Positions 1 to 12,181 of a stretch of 64,000 nucleotides of DNA are shown piece by piece. Numbering within the stretch: position 1 is the first letter of the stretch; each line of letters opens with the position of its first letter. The notes under the pieces were generated by a model. The model was not told where the DNA came from. It saw only the letters and a list, made by a program, of their open reading frames with translations, and ran no database searches. The position numbers were made by a program, and so were the translations under genes. Location: NCBI GenBank assembly GCA_003344405.1, contig NOWV01000003.1, positions 1 through 64,000 of the forward strand, given 5' to 3'. The DNA is from Trichoplax sp. H2 (taxonomy: Eukaryota).

Positions 1-562
1 ATCCTGTTAATTCATTTTACTCACTATTCAGTTCAACAATTAACAACTAATCATACTTTCTCGCATTCAAGTACGAAAACAGTCATTTTAAAATATACCA
101 CTCTAATTTCCCATTCACAACATGATTTCTAACCAATCTCTATCATAATTATAGCAGTTCCTGACTGTAATGTACTGTAATGTGCCGTATGATATAGGTA
201 ATTACCCAATACCGTCATCTTAAATATTTACTGAGATTCTCAGTACGCGTACGAATGGAATAAACAGTCGTATCAGAAATTGGGACATTGTCTGACTCAG
301 TGCTCAGTACTGTACTGGTAATTGTACGACGTCTGTAAATAATTAAGTACAGTATGGTCTAGTCGGCATCGTGCACGCCTGCAGCAGTAGATTCTGTGAC
401 GATACTTATAAACTGCTGTAACGACGTTGATGAGATGTTCTATCGAAATGCTTAAATGAAATAAAAGGATAAAGGATAGAGATCTCTTCGATTAACACTT
501 GTGGGAATCGCATATATAAAAAATTGGGCAGTCGGTAGGATGTCAATGACAAAACACTGTAA

Positions 563-954
563 CCCAAATTGGACCCCAATATTGAAAGCCTTACGACTTT
601 CCAGGAGAAAGCTCATCATTTGATTTTGAATTTAATGAAGTAGTTAAGGAGGAGATAATGGTACTCATCTTGCTCCGCGCTTTACCACCAGCAACCATCG
701 AACCATTAACGACGGCCATACCGGACAAAGCACTAACTATTTACACTTATGACGAGCTAAAGGAAACTTTAAAGGCCAGACTTCTTATTCCGAAGCACAC
801 TGATAAAAAGACGCGTACAGCTATTAAGGGGCAAACTGCTCTCAGGCGAGTAGAAATAAAATTATACTGTAAAATGGACCTACGGAAATTGGCGGAGAAC
901 TATGAACTAGGAAAAGGAAGTTCAAGTGATCTCATTTTAGAAACAGTTTTGTGA
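563..954 (+). pseudogene. Decayed Ty3/Gypsy-type retrotransposon Gag N-terminal fragment
   Basis: Frame at 563 gives PKLDPNIESLTTFQEK. After a frameshift, 619-954 gives FDFEFNEVVKEEIMVLILLRALPPATIEPLTTAIPDKALTIYTYDELKETLKARLLIPK...DLRKLAENYELG. This resembles the Gypsy gag pattern (FDP..E.w..y.Erl...F..N...k..lLl......yeeL...Lk....P...LrkLA..cef). Intronless, with no pol or LTR seen. Confidence 0.55.
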
Positions 955-3900
955 CTAGTTAGAGGAACAGTATGTCCAAGAACATGTAATTCCACCCACC
1001 TTCCCTTCTAATGAGCAGCGCTGCGGTATTTACACTACTCTTCGATGCTTTTATTAGTTGGCATTTAACTATGAAAAGGAGTAATATACACTATACCGTT
1101 ATAGTATAACGCCAAATACGGGCGTGCGAATCTTTCAAAATGTTAATTATTAAATTTGCACTGAAGATTACTTTCTGGAAAATCTAGAGTGCGGCTGTAT
1201 GTAAAGGCGTCGGTATCTTTCGCTATTGTACAGTATACTGTAGTGTATTGTACTTTACGTTAAATTACGGTAAAACAGCTAAGCCCGTGTTCTAGCGCGC
1301 ATTAGCATCATACATGCTACATACGAAAGCATAATGTAAAGTACAATACAACAGCTTGTACGGCATCCCAAACTGTGCAATGCACTACATCTGCGACATG
1401 GAGACCTTGCAACCACTAAATTATTATTATTATTATAATTGTAAGCATGCAGTGTTAACTATGAAAGGATGTGGAAATTAATTATAGGTAAAGGCGTCGG
1501 TATCTTTCAAAGTGTCAGATTGTGCATAGATACTCAATCGTACAATCCGTCGGAGAGCCAGGAGTTGGTAAAGACTTATCGAGTGTGCACAAACCACGGT
1601 GTAATTTTTCATGATGGCTGCAGTGTACGATTATACACAAGACGTTTTATTAAATTTTACTCGTAGTACCTAAAACGGTATTTTTCTCAGATTTACACTG
1701 CAACATTAGTTTTCCGGCGAAACGTTACCGGACTTAAACGTGCTTAGCACTATGTACTGTGCTTTGCTTAACCTTCGTTTCGATCGCGGACAAACAAACA
1801 GACTTTTATTTTTATATACTTTATGTAAGGATAAGGAGGATAAATTATGATATCCATGCCATGACACTCCTAAAAGTGATAACGGCCCAACAAATAATCT
1901 GTTTAGGGCTTTAGGCACGGAGCAATAGCGCAATACAGTAACAGTGTCATACAGTACAGTACCTGCCAGCGTATGAAAGTTAAATAAACTGCTACTTCGG
2001 TGCAGAGTTACTAGTTGCAATGTTACTTACTGTAAATACAGTATACTGTAACTTCGGAATTATTTTCTTATGAGCTTTAAGCTGGTTGTGAATATTGCAA
2101 AAGTGATATATGTTCTTTTATTAAAAATATATATATACGAGTTTACAGATACTAGTATTGTACGGTGTCAGAATTGCTAGATTGTTTTTTTGCATTCTGC
2201 AAGACTAACCACCATATATCTTGTAGAGTTCATAGTATTGTAATTGAAAGACTTAGAAATTCCTGACGTTAAGTAACGGTACAATGTATTTTCATAACTG
2301 GATATTTATTCATTATCTCCTAGCCGGTCTTCTTCGTGGTCGCTTTTCAGTCCCAATAAATAAGTTCTACCTTCTAAGATTTAAGTGCATCTCATTGATT
2401 TCAATGAAAGCCTATCTAGCTCTCATACCTTTATGATCCTACTAAACCCCTTATATTACAGCGATTTATATCTAGTTGTAAATACTCTGTGTATGAAACC
2501 AGTAAGTGACCATTAAAACGACAGGCACAATGCTAGTTTGTTATAGTAAAGTCCAATTCGATTTTATTAATCCAGCTATTTAGATGTTTTGTGGACCCTA
2601 CGAATTAACTTATATGATAAACTTAAATCCTGCATACGGATCTAATGTAGATTATGTTAAAATTTTCGATGCTAAACAGGAATCAATCTCAATGTTCCAA
2701 CTATAAACTCACGGCATTATTTCAATTTGGTTGCATCCTTTATTGTATTAAGCATAATTCTTTATTTTAAAAGTACACATATACTACGATATTATATTAT
2801 TAAATTCGATGCCCAAAAGTACTTTGACGGTTGAAATATTCACTGAGTTGACAACCAGCAAAGCGATCGCTCATTAGTATATATCAGTATGTACTAATGT
2901 ACGCATTATAGCTAGAAGATTACACAAAATAAGCGCACTTGGCAGATTCGACCAGTATACAGTATGTATCACGTTGCCTATTAATTTTGATCTCTGATTT
3001 CAGATAATCATATAATTATTTGCGTAACCAGATTAAAGTATAATAAAGAAATAAATTTACCATTATTTAAGCTACTAGTCTCACACAACCGCAGCGAAAT
3101 CTACTCCGATAATTCAGAAATAAATTCAATTAGCTTACTATTTATGAAGCGTAATTACAGCTGGACTAATTATAGCATGTATTGCAATACATGTATAAAC
3201 ACTCGATTGTAAAATTCAAACTGTACCGATAGATCAGTAATGCTATTCAAACGCAAATAAAATTTTGTAGAACAATTTTTGAAAATATTTTAGAAATTTT
3301 TATATGATTTCCTGCTGTTATAAATATCTATAAATCAAATTAAAAGCTATTAAAGTACAGTATACAAAGTCTTAACTTAGAAGGCAATGATAACCTGCAT
3401 AAGTAAGGAATTGTTTGCTTTCTAATTTTTTTTAAGAACAATAAATGTTCAATGATTCGCCCAAGCAAGATATGTACGCAACATTCTTATCCTCGTAAAC
3501 ACCTAATACACGAACTTGTATTGGATGTTAATTTAGAGTGTCAACTTAGCAGAAATTTTATAGTAAATTGACTAATTTAGGAGAATTATTTACGTCCCTG
3601 ATGTGATTTTAATGCGATCTTTTGGTAGTGATAAATGCAAGTCAAGCAAAGAAAGTACTGCACGGAAAAAGATACTTTATGATAATCATATTGCAGTAAG
3701 CGTATGCACGCAACAACTTCAATAAAAGACATAAAATAGTAAATTGCAGAGTCCATATAATCAGCCAAAGATGAAAATACTATAATGATGTATTTTTAAG
3801 ACAGAAAGAATTATGCATAAATCATGAAATACAATGCATTAACAAAAGCAACCTGCTTGTCTGATAAGTCATAGAATCATCTGTCTATACATATCAATAA

Positions 3901-4543
3901 GGAAATATTTAGCCTACTCAATCAGTAGCAGTTCATTTATTAGACTCTAGCGAAAGGTTATTGTAACAGATATGTATCCGGCCATTGAACTAGATTTTAA
4001 TCTGAATACATCTGTTTCAAAAACATAACGTTCTCATACTAATGGCGGCGTACTCCTCTAAGGCTCATTCCCATTAAAACTTTAGATGTCAACAGACATG
4101 CATAAAACGTCTAGCTGTAACGTTATTTATTTTGTGTTTTGCGCGCTAGAAGCCACTACCTAGTCTGGTCTATCGCGTATGACCCAATTCTTACATCTTA
4201 TCGTTCACTGCCTAGCAAAGCTTATTCGCATATACCTTTAAATTAAGTATCTTTTACTTACTTAGATACAGAAGGTAATAAGAGTATCTCTTATGATAGT
4301 AATACTAACACGCTACTATGCTAATATTACTACATGGCCGCATCACTTTCTACAATTGCAATCAATCAAGCATATGGCTGATCTGCGTTCTAATTAAAAA
4401 TGTATAAATATAAAATTTATTTATTCACTATATTATCAAAGAAATTAACACGTGAAGAGTTTATTTAAAAATTGTTATACGCATTTAGGTATCTAAAAGC
4501 CGCTGACATATGACAAGATGAATCCCAAAACCTGCTTATCTAA

Positions 4544-6482
4544 CTAGTAATTTGAACCATATACTTCTCCCGTATCTTTTCCTTCTGTATCTTCCGCTGT
4601 AGACTCATCGTTGCCTATTCATATCATAGCAGAAAGAGATTATTTAAGAGGATTGTATATAGCACATTTTGAAAAACTATACAGAATCATACCGTGCTTA
4701 TCTCCAGATATTTTGGAAGCCGGTAAATTTTCTTCAGCTTTTTCGCTGTCGGTATTTGATTTCTCTTGTGATTCAAGTTTGCCATACTTAAATTGTTTCT
4801 TCTTTTTTCTTGATTTGGTGAAATAGGGCCTCTGAGGATCTGCTTCCTCGTCAATGCAACCTCTGATTTCGGTAAAGAAAAAATAAGCGAAGAAGAGTAT
4901 TACAGTAATTCATAAAATCATGTTATTTTGATCGAAATTCCTAATGTGTAAATAATTAATTGAACCTTATTAGGTACAAAATGGCTAAAATAATCAACAA
5001 CACTCCACTTGCTATCGCTATCGGAACAGCTTTAGGATGAATGAAGCAAACCACTGATAATGGCAGATATATTATTGATCTTCTCCAATTCTGGATCCAC
5101 ATTATACCATTCCAGAACTTTGTAGGACAGCTATCCTCTCTTAAAAGTAAATGCAATGGCTAAGATTTAACCATTTTCTGAAAGTTTACTAAATGTGCAC
5201 TTAACCGTAAACATAAACGCAGATTGAAAATCTTCAAGTGCTAAACTCACCTAAAGCAGCAGCATTTGTTAATGATCCATGTAACTTCCAGAAATGTTAC
5301 AAATGACGTTATTATTCTATTAAGTATCAATTAGATGCGATTATCGAATATTTTATTAATTACTGTAATAGATATCTAAATATAGTAAGTATGTTTCAGT
5401 TATGAATGTATCTTTGCTCGTACATATTCGTATATGCTACAAGTAATTTTCAGCGTACTTGCTCATACTATATGCACTGAAAACATACTAACACTTACAT
5501 TAATCCGACACCGAAGGGAACCTGAGATTTCATAGTTACGACCTTGACAGCTATTCCCCACATAACTAAACAAAAAATTAAGTTCGTTACCTAGAAACCT
5601 CCATAGTAGTCCCAATATTTCAAAATATTGTTCCTTAGCAGTTCGAATTTAGTTCTTTAAATGAATGGTTGACATTTCACTACTGCAACGCATGGCCTTG
5701 AAAATGCAAACACAGCTTTGCTTCTCGGACTCTTGATTAGACTATTTATATCTCATGAATGAATGAAGCTGAATGTGTGGTCTCAGATGAAACCCTCGGT
5801 ATAATATAGTCTTATATAAATCTCTATTATTACGTTACTGTAAAATAGCGATACTACAGCTTAAGAGTATAAATCATCAATACCGATATTGCATAAAACT
5901 ATAATTTTTGATTAAACTCTTTTGTCAAAAGGCGATTGATAGATCTATTACGGCAACTAATTTAAAACTATCGATTATTTAAATCATTTTGACTTATAAA
6001 GAAATGCTGTAATTCACCAAGTGCATGGCAAATAAATTATAGATGTAGAAAGTGCGCAAAACATTCAGGGAAACATAGAAGATCGATCGATGTGCTATAA
6101 ATTGACGATTAAACAATTAATCGTAAATTAACATGGTCTTGGTCATTTAATAAATTTGAGGATTGTGACTTCTCAGTAGCAACTAAACGATCAGTACTGA
6201 AACTTGTTAGCATCAAATTACAGGAAGTTACTAGTTTAAAGTAACAATAGAAAGTAAAGATAAAGCAATGAATTTAAGTTACAAATCTGTACTTCCATGC
6301 AGTGACTTGAATGTAGTGAGTAAGAAAAGACATAAATACTTTATAGAAATTGTTTTATCTTACACACCCAGGAAAAATATTATACCCAGTATTCTCGTAA
6401 CTGTTGTAAAATAACGTAATATACATGCTAAGGTTTTAGGCACACAGCCAGGCGGTACTTCTTCATTTTCGTTATCGGCCAT
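4544..6482 (-). CDS. TMEM72: TMEM72-like multi-pass membrane protein (6 exons)
   Basis: ATG at 6482. Spliced product: MADNENEEVPPGCVPKTLACILRYFTTVTRILGIIFFL|VMWGIAVKVVTMKSQVPFGVGL|IITSFVTFLEVTWIINKCCCF|REDSCPTKFWNGIMWIQNWRRSIIYLPLSVVCFIHPKAVPIAIASGVLLIILAILYLI|RGCIDEE...KSRKKKKQ...|GNDE...GSNY*. Stop at 4544-4546. GT-AG introns are phase-compatible, and LSVVCFIHP matches TMEM72 LSVACFLHP. Confidence 0.75.
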
Positions 6483-7599
6483 AATGATTTATAGAAAGTA
6501 GTCAATCAGTACTCGAGCTTACGGAGACTAATAACTACCGCTCATGTAACCAATATAATAAAAGATAAGGTGTCAAGGGTGTTATTTCAACTATTACTCT
6601 GATGCTACCGGAACATATGGTGCATTACTAGTTTTTCTCATACCATAATTACACAGTGTTTTCCATAAATGGTGGTCTTAAGTAAAAATTGCCATAAATA
6701 TTAGAATGATGTATTCCTCTTCTGTTGATAATAATAATAAAGAAGGTAATCATAGTTATTCCGCCAGAATCTATCGGAGGAAAACTTATTGCATACTTTA
6801 TTAGATGGCGGTGTGGTACTTTCTGATTGATCAAGGTATTCATCCCGTATTGATTCATGCGGTGACTCATTCCCTGTTCAGTAGTCAATTTCGGTAATAA
6901 ATAATCATTTTTTACAATTTGTCGTTCCTATACAACTATTGTGAATGATTCGAGTAATTCTCTCATTCATTTCTCTTGCTCTTATACCTCTCGTATCTAT
7001 GAAATGCTCAATGTCTTTGTAATAACATGCACAAGTAATTTATAGGGCACACTGATAAGCTACATTGAAATTACAGCTACAATATTTTTATAGATACAGT
7101 ACTCCGTAAATATCTTAGTTAAAAGCTATATCGATCGATATTGACAATAATATAATGAGTCTGCCCCGCCACCTTCTCCCGCGCCTGGTCAGGCTTGCAA
7201 AGAAATCCCTTGTTCATATGCTCATATTACAGCGAGTGTACTGTACAGTAAAGATCTGTGAAAATGCTATGGTCTCACTCCGAAATCAGTAGAAATAATA
7301 ATTAATTAACGTAATCAAGTGGATTCAGCCGATAGATATACTGTACACTTGTTAGCTATTGCTGCTATTGTCTTATAAATCCCTGACAAAGGCAATATGA
7401 GAGAAATGATGTTTCTCCTTTTTGTATGCAGTTGATTATACATATTACACGTATATATAAACATATATACAGTCCGGGCAGCTAGTTATACGGGCATTCA
7501 ACTACAAACCGGAATACAATAAGTAAATAAATACATCATATCAAAAATTTACTCAGTTATGGTTTTATGATTATGGTACTCTTTAAATCACGCAAGCTA

Positions 7600-9340
7600 T
7601 TGAACTTGCGGTATACAGTAAACCGTACTACTAGTATAATAGTATGTAGTACAGTAAGTACTACGTGCATTTCTGCGTAACAAGCTTAAACTCTAAGAAC
7701 ATCACGTGTACTGTACTGTATGTACGCTATTGTACTGTACACGTGTACACTGTACAGTACAGTACAGTATTCGTGTACACCAATTTCGGCAATTGCTGCA
7801 GCTCCAGCGGGGAAACTGAAGTTGTAAAGTTAATATGAAGTATTGTATAGTATTATAATTATTGTATACCGTACAGTACTGTATGTGAACGTTGGACTAT
7901 CACTTATTTATCAGTCAAAGTCATAAATTTAGTCACTTGCATCTACAGTACTGTATCTGCTAGATTTGCAGTCACAGTTCAATAAAAAAAGCTCAGATTT
8001 AGTACTGCGTTTCCCTTTTCTTCGATCTTTTCAGTACTGTGGAGCGTGGACTTACTGTTAGTACTGTACGAACGATCCTTGCAGTGTGCAGTGCACGGCA
8101 CCTGATGCGATCTGTACAGTACAGTTGTGCGTACGCGTACTCTAGAATCTGAGATGATCTGCGCTTGCACGAGGTTTCACCTCGCGAGGTGAAAAATAGT
8201 TACCGGTTAGTACAGTACTGTACAGTACACTGGTACAGTAGTTTAGTTTAAGACTTACTGTACGTACAGTACTTAGTGTTGGTACTTACAGTACTGTAAT
8301 TTGCCTGCGGTTGGGATAGAAAACCCTTCGGTACGAGGTGTACTTTAATAAACACTAGTACGAACTCACGTCGCTTTGCTGACGGTTTACGATATGTACC
8401 CATTTGTTAATAATTAATAGATAGTATTACCATTCGACATTATATATATCCCGGTAATAGCCAGGCACTACTATATTGATAGCTATGCTTCTAGAATACT
8501 ACTTTTCAATAATGCATTCACGGATGAAATGCTATGAAATGCTATATTATGATTGGTTAATGGTCCAAAGCACATTATGATAACTAATGTACAGTACGGT
8601 GATGCACATACAGTACTGTACAGTTCCAAGTTAAGATTAGCAGGTACTGGATGTACAGTACTGTACAATATCTACAGTACAGTGCGGTACAATGTCATTA
8701 GTACTGTGGTCAATTCTACTGTACAGTATACCAATCATTATAATGTGTCTAAGGATCGCTTGCGTATGCAAGCAAAGCTTGTTCTATCGATGACAACCGT
8801 TATAAGAAAATGTAACAATCAAAATGGCTATGTAGAAAACTCTATAAAGATTCTATGTTTATTCAATTTTTATCAGAGTATTACATCAAATCAAAATTTA
8901 AAGGCCCAGTGGCCACCCTTAGCGATATAACGAATACTATTTTAAAAATCAATACTCTGCAGAAATTGCTACCTTAGAGCTATTCGTTTTACATGAAGAA
9001 ATCTTTAGGTAAAAAGTACTGTAAGAATCTTATACTGACCTATTGAAATAAACCCATAATCACATTCATCTAACACTGGTATATTGTCACAGTCAATGTA
9101 AGGATTCGGGAATTCTTATGTCAAACAACCCCTCGCTGCTCGTTTAAAAGGGTGGGGTGGTCGGGATACTGTACTGTACACTGTACATTGTACAGTACAT
9201 TTTACAGTACTGTACTGTATTACAGTACAGTATACTGTACTGTATTATTAATATGATAACGTGTACAGTACGGTACTGTACTGTACAGTGTATAGTACAG
9301 TACGGTATATTATTATTAATATGAATACTGTGTACAGTAT
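7600..9340. repeat. TA(CAG/CTG)TA pentamer stacks in the divergent TMEM72/tetraspanin upstream region (duplicated at ~10150-11740)
   Basis: Dense mixed-orientation units such as TACAGTACAGTACAGTA, TACTGTACTGTA, TACGGTA and TACACTGTA. Confidence 0.85.
8355..8437 (-). mobile_element. Short non-autonomous Helitron-like element (other copies at 10714-10796 and 27765-27838)
   Basis: Minus strand ends in hairpin CCGTCAGC-AAA-GCGACG, ~10 nt spacer, then CTAG|T. Shares ~75-85 bp with the copy at 27765. Confidence 0.55.
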
Positions 9341-9431
9341 TTATTATTGTCGTAGGTCGTGAGTACTTGTAACAGTATTTGTTATTTTTTGTTTTTTTTC
9401 AACGACGACTTTTACAGTCAAGTAAGTGGCA

Positions 9432-9515
9432 ATGGGTAAAGGTAGTCGCGATTCCGATTCAGAAGTTTCACTGTGTGTGAAATATACGTTATTCTTCTTT
9501 AATATAATATTTTGG
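9432..9515 (+). other. Duplicate of tetraspanin coding exon 1 (haplotype copy, orphaned by the gap)
   Basis: ATGGGTAAAGG...TTTTGG|gtgag is identical to 11829-11912. Confidence 0.8.
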
Positions 9516-9804
9516 GTGAGTTTTCTCTAATTTTTGTATTATCGTGAGTTAATAATATTCAACACCGATCACCTAATTGCCGCACAGTTGTATTAACTAT
9601 AAAATCCGCGTATTTTATACAAGAGAATCCTTGCATGTATTTTTATGGGAGACTGTATTCGAATATACGTGTGAATATAAACTACTTGTGAAATGAATTT
9701 GATCGCATGTTCGCTATCGGAAGTTAATAGCTAAATCTTAGATTTTCTCTAGGTTTGATTCTACTGTACAACAATCTTGATAAANNNNNNNNNNNNNNNN
9801 NNNN

Positions 9805-12181
9805 GCTATGGTCTCACTCCGAAATCAGTAGAAATAATTAATTAACGTAATCAAGTGGATTCAGCCGATAGACATACTGTACACTTGTTAGCTATTGATG
9901 CTATTGTCTTATAAATCCCTGACAAAGGCAATATGAGAGAAATGATGTTTCTCCTTTTTGTATGTAGTTGATTATACATATTACACGTATATATAAACAT
10001 ATATACAGTCCAGGCAGCTAGTTATACGGGCATTCAACTACAAACCGGAATACAATAAGTAAATAAATACATCATATCAAAAATTTACTCAGTTATGGTT
10101 TTATGATTATGGTACTCTTTAAATCACGCAAGCTATTGAACTTGCGGTATACAGTAAACCGTACTACTAGTATAATAGTATGTAGTACAGTAAGTACTAC
10201 GTGCAGTTCTGCGTAACAAGCTTAAACCCTAAGAACATCACGTGTACTGTATGTACGCTATTGTACTGTACAGTACAGTATTCGTGTACACCAGTTTCGG
10301 CAATTGCTGCAGCTCCAGCGGGGAAACTGAAGTTGTAAAGTTAAGTTAATATGAAGTATTGTATAGTATTATTACTATTGTATACCGTACAGTACTATAT
10401 GTGAACGTTGGGCTATCACTTATTTATCAGTCAAAGTCATAAATTTAGTCACTTGCATCTACTGTATCTGCTAGATTTGCAGTCACAGTTCAATAAAAAA
10501 GCTCAGATTTAGTACAGCATATCCCTTTTCTTCGATCTTTTTAGTACTGTGGACTTACTGTTAGTACAGTACAGTACACTGGTACAGTAGCTTAGTTTAA
10601 GACTTACTGTACTGTACGTATAGTACTTAGTGTTGGTACTTACAGTGCTGTACTGTAATTTGCCTGCGGTTGGGATAGAAAACCCTTCGGTACGATGTAT
10701 ATTTTAATAAACACTAGTACGAACTCACGTCGCTTTGCTGACGGTTTACGATATGTACCCATTTGTTAATAATTAATAGATAGTATTACCATTCGACATT
10801 ATATATATCCCGGTAATAGCCAGGCACTACTATATTGATAGCTATGCTTCTAGAATACTACTTTTCAATAATGCATTCACGGATGAAATGCTATGAAATG
10901 CTATATTAAGATTGGTTAATGGTCCAAAACACATTATGACAACTAATGTACTGTACTGTACTGTACTGTACAGTACGGTGATGGACTTACAGTACCAAGT
11001 TAAGATTAGCAGGTACTGGTACAGTAGCGTACAGTACGGTACTGTACTGTACTGTACATTGTACAATATCTACAGTACAGTGCGGTACAATGTCCTTAGT
11101 ACTGTGGTCAATTCTATACCAATCATTATAATGTGTCTAAGGATCGCTTGCGTATGCAAGCAAAGCTTGTTCTGTCGATGACAATCGTTATAAGAAAATG
11201 TAACAATCAAAATGGCTATGTAGAAAACTCTATAAAGATTCTATGTTTATTCAATTTTTATCAGAGTATTACATCAAATCAAAATTTAAAGGCCCAGTGG
11301 CCACCCTTAGCGATATAACGAATACTATTTTAAAAATCAATACTCTGCAGAAATTGCTACCTTAGAGCTATTCGTTTTACATGAAGAAATCTTTAGGTAA
11401 AAAGTACTGTAAAAATCTTATACAGACCTATTGAAATAAACCCATAATCACATTCATCTAACAGTAGTATATTGTCACAGTCAATGTAAGGATTCGGGCA
11501 TTCTTATGTCAAACACCCCCTCGCTGCTCGTTTAAAAGGGTGGGGTGGTCGGGATACTGTACACTGTACAGTACATTGTACATTTTACAGTATTATTAAT
11601 ATTGATAACGTGTACAGTACTGTACAGTACCGTACAGTACGGTACTGTACTGTACAGTGTACAGTATAGTACAGTACTGTACGGTATACATTATGTATTA
11701 TTATTTATTAATATGAATACTGTACTGTGTACAGTATTTATTATTGTCGTAGGTCGTGAGTACTTGTAACAGTATTTGTTATTTTTTGTTTTTTTTCAAC
11801 GACGACTTTTACAGTCAAGTAAGTGGCAATGGGTAAAGGTAGTCGCGATTCCGATTCAGAAGTTTCACTGTGTGTGAAATATACGTTATTCTTCTTTAAT
11901 ATAATATTTTGGGTGAGTTTTCCCTAATTTTTGTATTACCGTGAGTTAATATTATTCAACACCGATCACCTAATTGCCGCACAGTTGTATTAACTATAAA
12001 ATCCCCGTATTTTATACAAGAGAATCCTTGCATGTATTTTTATGGGAGACTGTATTCGAATATACGTGTGAATATAAACTACTTGTGAAATGAATTTGAT
12101 CGCATGTTCGCTATCGGAAGTTAATAGCTAAATCTTAGATTTTCTCTAGGTTTGATTCTACTGTACAACAATCTTGATAAA
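9805..12181. repeat. Copy 2 of the duplication (continues into the tetraspanin gene)
   Basis: Colinear with 7266-9784 and begins immediately after the 20-N gap. Confidence 0.9.
10714..10796 (-). mobile_element. Helitron-like element, haplotype copy of 8355-8437
   Basis: Same sequence as 8355-8437, inside duplication copy 2. Confidence 0.5.

Larger units (their letters stand above)
7266..9784. repeat. Copy 1 of a ~2.4-2.5 kb near-identical duplication flanking the N-gap at 9785-9804 (probable uncollapsed haplotype)
   Basis: Starts GCTATGGTCTCACTCCG and ends CAATCTTGATAAA, as does 9805-12181. The copies differ by SNPs and small indels. Confidence 0.9.

Noticed and set aside
3176..3193. Perfect 18-bp palindrome CATGTATTGCAATACATG
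   Set aside because: Isolated and AT-rich with no associated feature, so no function can be supported.
5591..5640. Alternative TMEM72 exon (EQYFEILGLLWRFL)
   Set aside because: It has an in-frame stop just upstream and would need a ~25-nt intron. The exon at 6368-6482 fits better.
6649..6888. 79-aa minus-strand ORF upstream of TMEM72
   Set aside because: No recognisable homology or consistent splice chain. It may be 5' UTR or intron.
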